Part shown: piece after piece, positions 25,745-39,060 of the stretch
Layout: each line of letters opens with the position of its first letter
Numbering within the stretch: the first letter of the stretch is position 1
Assembly: GCA_002269645.1 (NCBI GenBank)
Contig: NIVC01000500.1
Location: 124,001-188,000 of the forward strand
Reading direction: 5' to 3'
Source of the DNA: Macrostomum lignano
Lineage: Eukaryota
Length of the DNA stretch: 64,000 nt
The notes under the pieces: model-generated
What the model saw: the letters and a program-made list of their open reading frames with translations, nothing else
The model's database searches: none
Told to the model about the DNA's origin: nothing
Made by a program: the position numbers and the translations under genes

Positions 25745-25915
25745 AAAAGTGACAAGTCAAGAATCGGAGTGACAAGTGAAGCATCGGAGTGACAAGTAAA
25801 GCATCGGAGTGACAAGTACAGCATAGGAGTGACAAGTAAAGCATCGGAGTGACAAGTAAAGCATCGGAGTGACAAGTACAGCATAGGAGTGACAAGTAAA
25901 GCATAAGAGTGTCAA
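25745..25915. repeat. 20-bp tandem repeat (GAGTGACAAGTAAAGCATCG)
   Basis: About 8 units. Confidence 0.9.
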
Positions 25916-26444
25916 GCTAGTAACCAACAACTTGAAGTACACGTAGTGTGTACACAATCTACATTTATGTGTGATCACCGAAAGTTTAAGTGGTCATTGT
26001 AGGGGGGGGGGGACAAAACGGAAATTTTTGCAGACTTCATATATCGATTGAAGTTTGCCACTGCACTGTTTAGCAGTTTGGCTTGCAAGTTTGTAGATTA
26101 GAAAAGACAGTGTCGCAAAACACAGATAATTTTTTTGCGCTAGTGCCCAATAGCAGTACAATCCAATTAAACTCTAGAAAAGACAAATCATTGAGATAAA
26201 ATGTGACCTCAGTGCCAGGAAAATTCCACCAAAACTAACTAATCTTAAGCACCTGTCCTTCAGCCAGACAGCATTCGTAAAAACTTTACTGGAATCTTTT
26301 ATCTCAACTATCCGGTTTGTTGAGTGCTAACTAACTACAAGTAATTGATTCTTAGAACTGCTTTTACTTAAACTAAAAACTAAAATTCAAACAGCTCACT
26401 ATTCAAAACCAAATCTCTCACTATCCATAAACTGAAATCTCCCT

Positions 26445-26830
26445 TACCGACCCCCTCCCCAACCCTCTGCGCCAACCCCCCAGCTCAACCCTCTCCGATC
26501 CCCCAACCCTCCGCACCAACCTCCCTACTCCACCCTCTGCGCCAAATTAGTAACCCCCTCCCCCATCCTTTTGCGCCAACCCCTCCCCCAACCCTCCGCA
26601 CCAACCTCCCTCCCCCACCCTCTGCGCCAATAACCCAGCCCTCTGCGCCAACACCCCTCCCCACTCCGCACCAACCTCCCTCCCCCAACCCTCTGCGCCA
26701 ATAACCCAGCCCTCTGCGCCAACACCCCTCCCCCGGCCCAAACCTCTCAATCCCCTCCCCCCAACCCTCTTAACCTACCTCCTCAACCCTCTGCACCAAA
26801 TAACCCCTCCCCCAGCCCTCCGCACCAACC
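26445..26830. repeat. C-rich degenerate tandem repeat (CCAACCCTCTGCGCC...)
   Basis: Repeated C-run motifs; the minus strand is G-rich. Confidence 0.8.
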
Positions 26831-27639
26831 TTCGTATCCCACGCAGCCGTCTGCGCCTACTTGTTGAAAAATAAACGTGGAAAGTTTTAAGTCTCTCGCT
26901 GCTTCTGGACTGTACATGTACTCGTAGCTCTAGTTCAAACTGTACATGCACTTCTATCTTCATTTGTGTTAGAATTTTTTTACGATCGAAGTCGGCCATT
27001 TGTTTGATTTACAGGGGAATTTACAGCTGTTTTCTAGGGCAATGTCGTCAAGGTGCTCACAGCCCTCCTGCAGTAATAATATACAGTAATATTATATGCA
27101 TTTATTATTTACTGTACAGTGAAACCTTACTACTTTAACACTGACCTGAATTGCCTGCAGCATAGACTACTACATACTACTGTACAGTAGTATATTTTCG
27201 TAAATCAAAAAATGCTACATGAAAAAACATTTTTTGTCTTCTAATTAAATATGCGAGTAGAACTAAACAAACTAAATAGGCTACTTACAATAGTAGTATT
27301 AATTTATTTGTAGGTAAAAATGACACATGTAGAGTTTTACAGTGAAGCAATGTAAAAAAGTCGTATGCAGGCAGATTGCATACAAAAAATGCTCCGTCTT
27401 AAGCCAAATATTAAATATTAAAGTTAATCAGTTAATTTGATCAGATACCAGTGAGAGAAAATTCACAGAACCACAACAAAAAAAACAAATAATGAAGTCT
27501 ATTAACAATGACAAATAAGGTAACAATAAAACCCCTTACAAACTGAGCTTGATCTGAAATACGCTTGCATTCTCCCCATTCCATTTTCATAGGTAAAGCA
27601 CCATTTCAATTTGGCTATTTTTCATTAAAAAGCAATCAA

Positions 27640-28645
27640 TCAATCGAGCATATAGGCAATCATTCAATCAACCAAACAGCCAATCAATCGATCAGTCAAT
27701 CAAACAGGCAATTCATCAAACAGGCAATCAATCAATCAAGCGATCAATCAATCAATCAATCAAGCAGTCAATCAATCAATCAATCAAGCAGGCAATCAAT
27801 CAATCAATCAGGTAATCAATCAATCAAGCGATCAATCAATCAATCAATCAAGCAGTCAATCAATCAATCAAGCAGGCAATAAATCGATCAATCAATCAAT
27901 CAATCAATCAGGCAATCAATCAATCAAGCAATCAATCAATCAACCAACCAACCAATAAATAAATAAATAAATCAATCAATCAGGCAATCAATAAATCAAG
28001 CAATCAATCAATCAAGCAGGCAATCAATCAATCAATCAGGTAATCAATCAATCAAGCGATAAATCAATCAAGCAGTCAATCAATCAATCAAGCAGGCAAT
28101 AAATCGATCAATCAATCAATCAATCAATCAGGCAATCAATCAATCAAGCAATCAATCAATCAACCAACCAACCAATAAATAAATAAATAAATAAATCAAT
28201 CAGGCAATCAATAAATCAAGCAGTCAATCAATCAATCAAGCAGGCAATAAATAATAAATCAATCAATCAATCAGGCAATCAATAAATCAAGCAATCAATC
28301 AATCAATCAAGCAGTCAATCAATCAATCAATCAAGCAGTCAATCAATCAATCAATCAATCAATCAAGCAGTCAATCAATCAATCAAGCAGGCAATAAATA
28401 GATCAATCAATAAATCAATCAAACAGGCAATCCATCAATCAATGAAGCAGGCATTGAATCAATCAAGACGGCAATCTATCAGTCAACCAATCAATCAATC
28501 AAAAAACAGGCTATCAATCAATCAATCAAGACCCCCGGCAATCGAACAATCAATCAGACGATAAAACAATCAAGACGAAAATCTATCAATCAATCAATTG
28601 ATCAAACAGGCAATCAATCAATCAATAAAGCAGGCGATAAATCAA
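27640..28645. repeat. (CAAT)n compound microsatellite
   Basis: About 1 kb of CAAT/CAGG units. Confidence 0.95.
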
Positions 28646-28677
28646 TCATAATGAATAAAAAAACACATCAATCCAAT

Positions 28678-29779
28678 TCACTTGTCCCTATCTTCATCAT
28701 CAATAATAAGCCTGTTGCAAATTTTCAAATCGCCTAAACTCTCCACTTTGATCTGCTTAACGTAGCTGTTGCGGCCCACACGGCACTCGTAGCCGCACTT
28801 GGTGCCGCCGCACCTGGCGCAGGGAAAATAACAGCCCGGACAGCCCAGCGTCAGGCAGTCGCACGCGTCCTGACCGTTGGCCACTATGCGGCCCTGGCTG
28901 TCGTAGATGCAGTCCGATTGGCCGGGCATGGACTGCGGGAGGATGGGCGGAGTAGCGCATCAGCTTGTGGCAATTTGAACTGACGATTTCCTCACGGCAT
29001 TCCACTTCTATGGTTAAACCTCAACCCTGATATCCCCAGTTGCTGTGCCAGTCTCCCAGATCCCCAGTTGCTGGGCCAGCCTCCCAGATCCTAAGTTGCT
29101 GGGCCAGCCTCCCAGATCCCCAGTTGCTAGGCCAGCCTCCCAGATCCTCAGTTGCTGGGCCAGCCTCCCAGATCCTCAGTTGCTGGGCCAGCCTCTCAGA
29201 TCTTCAGTTGCTAGGCCAGCCGCCCAGATCCCCAGTTGCTGGGCCAGCCTCCCAGATCCCCAGTTGCTGGGCCAGCCTCCCAGATCCCCAGTTGCTAGGC
29301 CAGCCTTTCAGATCCCCAGTTGCTGGGCCAGCCTCCCAGATCCCCAGTTGCTAGGCCAGCCTCCCAGATCCCCAGTTGCTGGGCCACCACCAAGCACCCC
29401 AGTCAGCGGAAGCGGAACACACCAGCTGCTGCAGGCTGTACTGATGCTGGTACATCAACCCGGAGCCGGAACCGGCTCCAGCCATCGAAGCCGGGGCTGA
29501 CAAAGCGTTAACACCCGCTCCGACGCCACCAGCAATAAAGTTGGCGCGCCCGGCGCCTCTTTGGCGCCGTTTCTTCCTGGCAACAACGCTGTCAGCTTCG
29601 CCAGCGCTGCCGCCACCGCCACCGCCGCCGCCGCCGCTGGCTCCGTTGCTGCTCTCCTCATCCGACTCGGAGAAGCTTGGCAAAGCGGAGAATCGCGGGC
29701 CCGGATTGGACACGGCAACCAGCTTGCTGATCTCCCGGGACAGGCCGCGCAACTCCTGCCTGTTGCCGCTGTTGCTCAT
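28678..29779 (-). CDS. ARL14EP: ARL14 effector protein (ARF7EP_C domain), 2 exons, ~203 aa
   Basis: Exon 1 29779-29423 (ELRGLSREISKL...SNPGP; CTG|GTGTGT). Exon 2 28932-28678 follows CCTCCCGCAG| and encodes YDSQGR...DACDCLTLGCPGCYFPCARCGGTKCGYECRVGR, the Cys-rich ARF7EP C-terminal motif. Confidence 0.85.
29045..29385. repeat. 28-bp minisatellite (GCTGGGCCAGCCTCCCAGATCCCCAGTT) in the ARL14EP intron
   Basis: About 12 units; the same unit occurs at 51300-51775. Confidence 0.93.
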
Positions 29780-30230
29780 TAAATAGTGGCTTAAATAAAT
29801 AGCTTTAAATTAAGTATTTACTACTTGGTGAGTAGTAAAGTCAGTGTTCAGTCATGAAATGTTGAAATGAAATTGTTTCCTTACACTGAGAGAAGCAAAT
29901 GACATGAGCCATGAAGGTATTCTGCTTATAATAAACATACTGCTAGTGTTCCATCATAGCTATGGATAGGTTACAGGAATGCCTATTTACCATAAATATT
30001 AATAGTAGCCACCTAATAACTAAAACTTAAAAGATCATTAGAGCCCTTGAATTAATTAATAGGAGAGGGGTAGAACAATAGAAATAAAAATTAATTTTGC
30101 CAGTTTTAACGCTTTCATAAATCATGAAAGGAAGTCTCACTCTCAAGTCCATTGGGTCAAGGACTCAAGCAACGTACAAGCATTTACCACATTGTGGTTG
30201 GGGCACAATGGACTAAAGTAAAGATGAATG

Positions 30231-31912
30231 GGGAGTATAACATTTGCTTGCAGGAAATTTGCTTGCAGGAATTTTGCTTGCCAAGCATTGCTTGTGGAAT
30301 TTTGCTTGCCAAACTTTACTTGCCGAAGCTTGCTTGTCGAAGTTTGCTTGCAGAAAGCCTACCAAACTTTGCAGGAAATTTGTCTGCTTCCTAGAAATTT
30401 GCAATTACAATTGTAAGATTTCAATTTACCAAATTATTTTCTTGTTTGCTTGCTTGTTTTGATTGCTTGTGAAGTTGGTCAGTCAATTATTACTTACTAC
30501 AGATGCTTTGCAAGTGGATTCTTATCAGTGTCGACATAAACTGACTTGACACTGAGCTTTCAAACTAGGCTTATAGAGTTTCATTCTAAGAATTTAGTAT
30601 ATAAATATAAAAATGATGTACAAATGTATAATGTACATCATTTCCAAAAAATCTATTCTGTACATTCTGCTGCCTAAATCATTAAATATGTGCATTGTTT
30701 GAAATTGTGTCCAATTTTTGTTGAAAATGTATTCCCAGTAAAAAAACTAAATTATTCCATTTCTGTATTAGGGCTTTTCAAATCCTCCATATCCTCATAC
30801 AAAATCATTAACACTATAGGCGACTTCCACGAATCTTAGAAAATAAAAATTAGAAATATAAGAGCTAAATAATAGGTTCTTTGAGGTTCCGCAAGAAAAC
30901 TGTGGCTGGCAAACCTCAGCAAGCAAAATTTCTGCAAGCAAAGTTTGGCAAGCAAAGTTCCACAGGCAAAATTCAGCAAGCAAAGTTTGGCAAGCAGACT
31001 TTGGCAAGCAAAACTCTGCAAGCAAAGTTTGGCAAGCGAATTTCCTGCAAGCAAAATTTGGCAAGCAAAGTTTGGCAAGCAAAGTTCCACAGGCAAAATT
31101 TGGCAAGCAAAGTTCCACAGGCAAAATTCAGCAAGCAAAGTTTGGCAAGCAAAGTTCCACAGGCAAAATTCAGCAAGCAAAGTTTGGCAAGCAGACTTTG
31201 GCAAGCAAAACTCTGCAAGCAAAGTTTGGCAAGCGAATTTCCTGCAAGCAAAATTTGGCAAGCAAAGTTTGGCAAGCAAAGTTCCACAGGCAAAATTTGG
31301 CAAGCAAAGTTCCACAGGCAAAATTCAGCAAGCAAAGTTTGGCAAGCAAAGTTCCACAGGCAAAATTCAGCAAGCAAAGTTTGGCAAGCAAAGTTCCACA
31401 GGCAAAATTCAGCAAGCAAAGTTTGGCAAGCAGACTTTGGCAAGCAAAACTCTGCAAGCAAAGTTTGGCAAGCGAATTTCCTGCAAGCAAAATTTGGCAA
31501 GCAAAGTTTGGCAAGCAAAGTTACACAGGCAAAATTCAGCAAGCAAAGTTTAACAAGCAAAGTTCCACAGACAAAATTCAGCAAGCAAAGTTTGGCAAGC
31601 AAAGTTCCACAGGCAAAATTCAGCAAGCAAAGTTTGGCAAGCAAAGTTCCACAGGCAAAATTCAGCAAGCAAAGTTTGGCAAGCAGACTTTGGCAAGCAA
31701 AACTCTGCAAGCAAAGTTTGGCAAGCAGACTTTGGCAAGCAAAACTCTGCAAGCAAAGTTTGGCAAGCGAATTTCCTGCAAGCAAAATTTGGCCAGAAAA
31801 GTTTGGCAAGCAAAGTTTGTAAGCAAAGTTTGGCAAGCAAATTTCTACAAGCAAAAGTCCTGCAAGCATACTTCGGGCAAGCAAACTTCTCGCAAGCAAA
31901 TTTCATAGACCC
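30231..31912 (-). mobile_element. Non-autonomous foldback-like MULE related to the element at 142-3753
   Basis: Left arm (TTTGCTTGC units, 30243-30470) and right arm (GCAAGCAAA units, 30900-31900) are inverted. The right terminus reads GGGTCTATGA on the minus strand, identical to the first 10 nt of the autonomous MULE. The left terminus is GGGAGTATAA. 8-bp TSD GATGAATG/AATGAATG (1 mismatch). Confidence 0.85.
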
Positions 31913-33012
31913 AATGAATGCTATCTTAGCCAATTATTTTGACAATAAATAAATAAGAAACTGTTGATAGGTTATAGGTCATATATTATGATTGCACTAT
32001 ATTTTGTTACTATATTATAGTGAATGATAGAACTCTTTTTCTTATCATTAGATATGGTCTATATGGATAGGCTAAAGGAAAGAATTATATATGGCTTGGA
32101 GCCTATAAAGGTTGGTTATGATTTTGTTTGCTACATTTTGTGTGCTATTTTTTATTCTATTACTATTTGCAAAAAGTCATTTTGTCTCCCATGAAAATTT
32201 TCAAGCCAAGAAGCTAGCTATATATTAAGTTGTAATGCTTAGAACTCTGAATTAAAGAGTTCAGGCCTCATTGGCTCCTATACTTAATTCTATTCAATAT
32301 CCTAGGAAAGCAGAACTAGGACTTATATCTTATATATCTAGCAAAAAAAGTTGTTTTGTTTGCCAGTAGACAAAAAGGTGGCAAGCAAAATCATTTTGTA
32401 CCCCTATAGATAAATATCTAGGACATTTTGGTTACAATACAACTTTAGCAACCCTTATACTTGCGTTAGTGCCCCAAACTTGGACTGCCCCCCTCAAAAT
32501 GAAACTCTAGATCTACCACTGATTGGGTGATTTATTAGTGTTTTTAAATGTTAGTATTAAATAATTAATTACTTTTTTATTATTGTTCATCATTCTTTTT
32601 GAAATAATTTTAAAATTTTGTTATACTTCAATGTTGCTAAGCAACTAATTTCAAGATATTTATGCTACAAAATAGGCCTAGCCTAACATTTTACAGTGAT
32701 ATAAAGTGTTAGTTTTTAAATATGTTACTATTTTTTTTACTTTTTTATTAACTTGTTAATGTTATGTCAATGTATATAATTCAAGAACATTTTCATGCAT
32801 GAAGGCAAACTGCACAAAGATTTTATTGCAATCCTAAATTATAAAAGCCATAAAATCTATCCAAAGACAAGAAATAAAGTATAAATATTTACTTTCAACT
32901 AAGTGAAGAGTGCTGAACAACTGATAAAGTCACATTCTCATGTATATAATTGGGGCTGCAGGTGACAAGGTAGGTGCACAATCTAAAACAAGTACATTAC
33001 TGTTCACAAAAC

Positions 33013-34150
33013 TAGTGTTCCGCCGCCGCAAGTTTTAACCTCCGTAACCGTAACCATAGCCGTAAGAAAGAAGCAACTTCCGTAGCCGAATTTTGCCGTC
33101 ATTACGGGCTAAAAAAGTCCGTAACCATAGTTTGCCGTAACCATAGCCGTAATGTATAACAAAAATTGATATTTTTGCATGAAAAGTAGGGCAGACAGAA
33201 AAGGACAGATAAAAAGGATAAAAGGATAGCAATAAAACCTACTTGTTGTTCGTTCATGCATTAATATTCATTTATTTTTTCATAAATATATTATCTTTAT
33301 CGAAGTATTCTATAGCATTGCTGTATGCAATTGTGTGCTTGGTGCCTTTTTCAGTTTTCTGTGTCGTGATTCTGTTTTGTTTTGCTACAATATGAATATA
33401 TGACTGACATGCCAAGGTCAATGTGTATGTTTAATATCATTAAATAAATATATGAATTTGTTCAAATAAAACTGCTTCAAAATTTCTGATGACTAAGAAA
33501 TTGCATGTTACATTTTTCATTTTCATTTTATTGCATTGTCTATTGTATTGTCTTCTTTGGTTTCAATCAATTTTCAATCATAATTCATATTCTTATCCTA
33601 TTAGTATTTATTTAGTATTTCCTTATTAATATTCTTTCATCCTTATCCTTATAATCTAAATCTAATATCCTATTTTTATGCTAAGGAGCTAAATGCTACA
33701 TATGGCTAAGAAATAAGAATGCCAGATTCTTAGTCTCTTGTAGGCTTTGACTGGCTCTCTCTGTTTCGCTGCTATCATGCTATCGCTATGCTATGCTATG
33801 CCGTATGCCTAATGAGAAAATTCGTGAAAAAATTCGTTTTTCATTTTCCAGAAGTTTTGTAGATATTTAGAAACTTAACAAATGTAAAAAATAATAATAA
33901 CTAGTAAAACAAAATGAAAACTGGTTGAAGTTGATATAAAAAAATTATTTTATAACACTAAACAGTTAAAAATAAATAATTTTTGTTACGGCTACCAATT
34001 ACGGCAAGTCTAGAAAAATCTCCGTAATCCGTAACCATAACCATAAGCTCAAAATATGACCGTAACCGTAATCCATAATGAAAATACGGCTTCAAAAGTG
34101 TCGTAGCCGTAATTTGCCATAGCCGTAGCCGTAATTACGGCGGAACACTA
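33013..34150. mobile_element. hAT-type non-autonomous element (1138 bp)
   Basis: 13-bp perfect TIR TAGTGTTCCGCCG; 8-bp TSD CACAAAAC (33005-33012, 34151-34158); subterminal CCGTAA/CCATAG repeats. Confidence 0.92.
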
Positions 34151-34677
34151 CACAAAACTCATTGCAAGAATGAAGGTGGCTATTCTAAGCTATCATTGAA
34201 ACTGTCCTCCTTTATAATGCAAAAATGTTGACACTAACTAGCTTATAGGAGCTGCAACTTGATACCAGTCATAATAGATTCCTAAGAGCCACTTTTGGTA
34301 TCTACTAAGGTCTACTCACTGACCACTACTACCAATAGGCCTAATATCAATATTATCCATAAGGCACTTTAAGATTTGCTGCTACTATCACTTCAAGGGC
34401 TACAATAGCTTGGTAAGGCAAGAAGTCTGCATTTCATTGACCTACTTTTAAAGAGACATTGAAATCTCAAACAACCATGGACTCTAGGCCTATTCTGCAT
34501 AAATCTGTACTTGTATGTGCCTTATGATAGCAACCCAACTTGGCTTACCCAGGGTTGCTATAGTTTATTGTTGTTGTTGTTAGAGAATAAAAACAAAACA
34601 AAATCTCAAAATTATTATAACAACAAATCATTATTTCAAAAAGAATGACCAACAATGATAAAAAAGTAATTAATTAT

Positions 34678-36360
34678 GGCAGTGCTTATTTAGCCCGCAC
34701 AGGCAGAATAAGTTTGCTACTATTTAGCCAGCAATCCTGCCCCATTGCCGGTCAAATAAGCTTGTCACTATTTAGCCGGCAGTCTTGCCCCAATGCCAGT
34801 CAAATAAGCTCGTCACTATTTAGCCAATAATCCTGCCCTACTACTGGTCAAATAAGCTTGTCACTATTTAGCCGGCAATCTTGGCCCCTAATGGACGTGA
34901 ATAACTTACACTGCATGTTATTCCATATGTTATTCCGCACATTATTCCGCACTTTATTCCGCACATCATTCCACACATCATTCTGCACATTATTCCGCAT
35001 GTTATTAGACATTTTTCTACGATGTTCTGTATAAATTTTACAAGTAATTTTTCCATTTTTGATACATTTTAAATGTAAAGCAAAAGCCTACATGCTTGTC
35101 GTAATAATTTTCCTAGATTACAAGTACATGGCATTTGTAAAATTATAATTGACTGCAACAGAGTACTGTAGTTGCAGAGTTGTAAGTTGAGTTACAGAGT
35201 TGCATGCACAGAGCCGGGGTCGCGGAGAGGTTGAGAAAAGAAGAGAAGAGTGACTACTTATCAACCATATATAATTAATGAAAGAATCACATCATACATG
35301 TACAAGGTCACTACAGGACGCAAAATAAAGTGTTCTTTGATACTGAAAGAATTTTACACTTTAATAAATATTATAAGTCCTAACACCAAATAAAAAACTA
35401 ATGTGCAGTAAGTAAACCGTATTACTGCATTTAGCTAAGGGCGTATTATTTTTACAAAATTTGTATTTTATGCAGATTGTCATACTTATTAAAACTATCT
35501 AGCCTATATCTTCACGTTTTTGACATGGAAATCATGTATCGGACGCGTAAGTTAGACTAGAGCTAGCTTGGTGGGAATTATGTTAAAAAAGTAGATGTGC
35601 AGACTAATGTGCGGAATAAAGTACAGAAAAACATGCAGAATAAAATTCAAAATAGCATGCAGAATAATATTCAGAATAATGTGCAGAATACCATGCGGAA
35701 TAAAATGCGGAATAATGTGCGGAATAACATGCGGAACAATATGCGGAATAACATGTGTAATAATGCGCAGTGTATGTTACACTCATCCTAATGGCCACGC
35801 TATTATATATATTTATTTTAGATATTTAAACTTTGGGCAATACAAAGTAGGTATAGCAAATATAAATCAATGCAGATTTAGTATAATTTATTATTGGCCT
35901 TCAAGTTTGTTAATTGTTTCTGGAAGTCTTGAATATTCTGGAAATTATTTGTAGTAGCAGAAGACACAAAAAAAATTAAAAATTAATTATGCATGTTTTA
36001 GACCTACTTTCACTTTAATCTCTAAATCAAAACCATTCATGATTCATTAAAGCCAAAAAACCACTGCAAACACCTTTATCGAAAAACTCCAAAATTGTAG
36101 TATAAATAATTAGCCTTGTAGTTTGTTAAATTATTAATTTAAGGTCATGATGAGCAGTGCACAGTTATAAAATGTATAAATGTATTTTGACAGCTTGGCC
36201 ATTGGGGGCCAGGATTGCAGGCTAAATAGTGACGAGCTTATTTGACTAGCAATGGGGCAGGACTGCTGGCTAAATAGTGACACACTTATTTGACCAGTGG
36301 GCGATGCCAGCTAAATAGTAGCGAACTTATTCGATCAGTGCTAGCTAAATAGGCATTGCC
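34678..36360. mobile_element. Non-autonomous MULE-like element with modular long TIRs
   Basis: GGCAGTGCTTATTTAGC... and ...GCTAAATAGGCATTGCC arms built from ~45-bp TCAAATAAGCTTGTCACTATTTAGCC modules; exact 9-bp TSD ATTAATTAT (34669-34677, 36361-36369). Confidence 0.88.
34893..35788. mobile_element. Nested MITE with ATTCCGCAC-type subterminal arrays
   Basis: Inverted arrays at 34900-35010 and 35600-35780. Ends are GGACGTGAATAACTTACACTGC and GCAGTGTATGTTACACTCATCC. It interrupts the outer element's left arm with a duplication of TAAT (or CCTAATGG). Confidence 0.75.
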
Positions 36361-38109
36361 ATTAATTATTTAATAGTAACCTTTAAGTTTAAAACACAAA
36401 TAAAATTTAAATAAAGAAATGCCTAATGCTCCATATTCTTTTTTTACTAAAGTAGCCGGCCTAACCTGTCACCATAATGAATGATACCAAAATGCATGTC
36501 ACTGAACTAACTATAATTCTAGGCAGAAGGCAGATAGGCCTAGATAAAACTGTGATAAAGCAAAGTAAAATCTATAAAAGCATAACTATTTATTTTATAT
36601 GTTCTAATACAAAAATTTAAAATATGGTAAAAACTATTCTTCTTGTCTAATTTTCTAGGCAAAGCAAAGCAAAGCAGTTCAGCGTAGTTATATGGAAACT
36701 TTAAGTAGCATTAATGTGTTAGATAGGAGTTTAAATTATAACTTTAATGCTACTTAAACGTATATTTAAGTAGCATTGGTTTCTTAGAAAATTTTGATCA
36801 AACGAAGTTATAAGAAAGTATAACTCCTGTATTATTTAGACTCTTATTATTTTTTGAAAAAGAAAGTAAAGTTTTTTGACCAGCCGGAGAGAGATCAAAT
36901 TAATAGTTACAAACACATAGGAAAGTGTACAATTGTAAGAATTTTAAGTGTGGAAAAAATTGTTTTTTCAACGAACTTGAGCGCTTGTTTGTGAAATTTC
37001 AAGTAAGGTCCACAGTTAATTATTTAAAAAACAAATTCGCAATTTTTGTTTTAGATAAAAGTTTAACTCTTTTAGGATTTATCAGGTAACTGATCGTTTC
37101 GCCCATAAACCGTTTCGGCCATGGACCTTTGGGGATTTCGCCCTTACACCATCTCGCCCACAGACCCACAGACTTTTAGTATTTCTGGCTTTACTTTGCT
37201 ATAACCGAAACCCTTTCTTACCCTCTGATTGTTCAAATTGGCTTTAATCGTCCCGCTTTCAAAAGGTGACTTTTAAAAACTCGTAATAGGCCTAAACAAA
37301 TTGCAATAACACAATTGTTGTATCCACAATTCAAATCATATTTTTACTCATTAAAACTAAAAACTAGCATTTGTAGAAGCGGTTACTGTTTTCTAGGAAA
37401 CCTTATTTCTAAAATCACGCGAAAACTATGTTTTGTTTTAACTTGCAAAATATTCTTAATATTCTGGGTCGTTCTCAAAATCAGGAATTACGCGATAAAA
37501 CAAGAAAAAAAATTTTCGACCCTGAACCAGCCTTTCATGCAAAACAAGCAACAGGGTAAACGTAGCTGTTGAAAGAAAAGTACTTTATTTATCATTCGAA
37601 ACAGTGAAATTGGTACGGTTGTCAAAGCAACTGACTACTGAGTCATTTTATCAATTTAATATTTCCATTTCTTCGATGTAACGCTAAGACGGTGTCATGT
37701 TTTGTGAAAAAATTCAATGGGAAAGAAACATCAGAAATAAACTATTTTGCACAGGAAGGAAGAAAAGAACATTAGAATTTGCTTCTTATTAAAGAATGAC
37801 TGCTTAGTGATTTGTTCCTTGACTTAAACACAATCTTTCATCACTTAAACGCATCACTGTTCTAGTTACTAGCAGTTGAATTGTACAAATATATTGCTAG
37901 TTTTTTAGGTGAAAGCAATGCATATGGCGTCTTTTGGCGTTTTTTTGTGCCTTATAATGTGATCTTTGTATTTGTGATGTTTTTATATGGATTAGTGCAC
38001 CACAGTTGTTGCAATATTTTTTATACAATTAATTGCTACTAAGACAGGCACAAGCCAATAAACGTTGGGACCACAGTTTTGCAACACTGGAATAAGATAA
38101 TGACCAAAA

Positions 38110-38480
38110 AAAGGAGTAAAGTGGAGAACTGGGTGTCTTACAGGAGCATTTTTGTGCTTTTTTAAATACATTGCCTCTGAGCCCCACAATTAAGCAGAGC
38201 ATCTGAAAAACATGCACTTTTGCATGTGTCAAAACGTTGGGACTGCCATCATGGGTCACTGAAAGAACTGATTGGGCCGAATTTTTTGGAGAGTGTTAGA
38301 CTAGGTGTCTTATGGGAGCATTTTTTGCATTTTTAAATACATTGCCTCTGAGCCCCACAATTAAGTAAAACATCTGAAAAAACATGCACTTTTGCATATG
38401 TCAAACCATTGGGACTGCCATCATGGGTCACTGAAAGAACTGATTGGGCTGAATTTTTTGGAGAATGTTTTACTAGGTGT
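38110..38480. repeat. ~180-bp tandem duplication
   Basis: The block GGAGCATTTTT...CATTGCCTCTGAGCCCCACAATTAAG...GGGACTGCCATCATGGGTCACTGAAAGAACTGATTGGG occurs twice. Confidence 0.85.
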
Positions 38481-39060
38481 TGTGTAGGAGCATTAATTTT
38501 TTAAAAGAAAATATTGCATATAAGCCACACAAAATATGTTAACAATTTAGAAACCAGGCAATACATACAAACTGTAATTTATGAGTAAGGGATTCAGTAG
38601 CATTTTAAACTTGAAATTAAAATTGATGTTTTAAATTAGATATTAGATCTCAATGACTGAAAGAATATGAATCAAGTGGCTTTATTTGTAGAAATTGGTC
38701 CATCAAAAAAAGTTTTGGCCATTTGGAAAATTTTACTTTGAAATGTACAGTTTCTTGCAAAAAATCCTGAATTTTGTGTCCCAATAAGCAAGTAGCTATT
38801 GGCATTATTTAAATGAAAGATACAGTTTAGACTCTATGCAGATTTAGCACAAAATAGACTGCAAAATTTGGATATCATTTTTGAAGCTTTTCCACTAGGT
38901 CCTACTGGCAGTTGAGGCATCTAATAGTGACATTGCTGGGTTTGTTGCCCCTAGTAACATCTAAGTGATTCCCAATCACATGATTGTCCAAATTAGACTG
39001 CAGCTGTAATTGCTTGAAATGACTGCAAAACACAAAAATTCCCACCATCTGTTTCAAGCA

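Noticed and set aside
26775-26999. 74-aa minus ORF MADFDRKKIL... as a gene between ARL14EP and the PLAC8-like gene
   Set aside because: No recognisable domain; it runs into a G-rich repeat; no supported splice partner.
28757-29005. Alternative minus frame MECREEIVSS... as ARL14EP exon 2
   Set aside because: The Cys-rich ARF7EP motif is in the other frame, entered through the acceptor just before 28932.
30795-31933. Long ORFs (up to 313 aa) of KVWQAKF/CLPNFAC repeats
   Set aside because: They are open in several frames on both strands because of the repeat unit and lie within a transposon arm.
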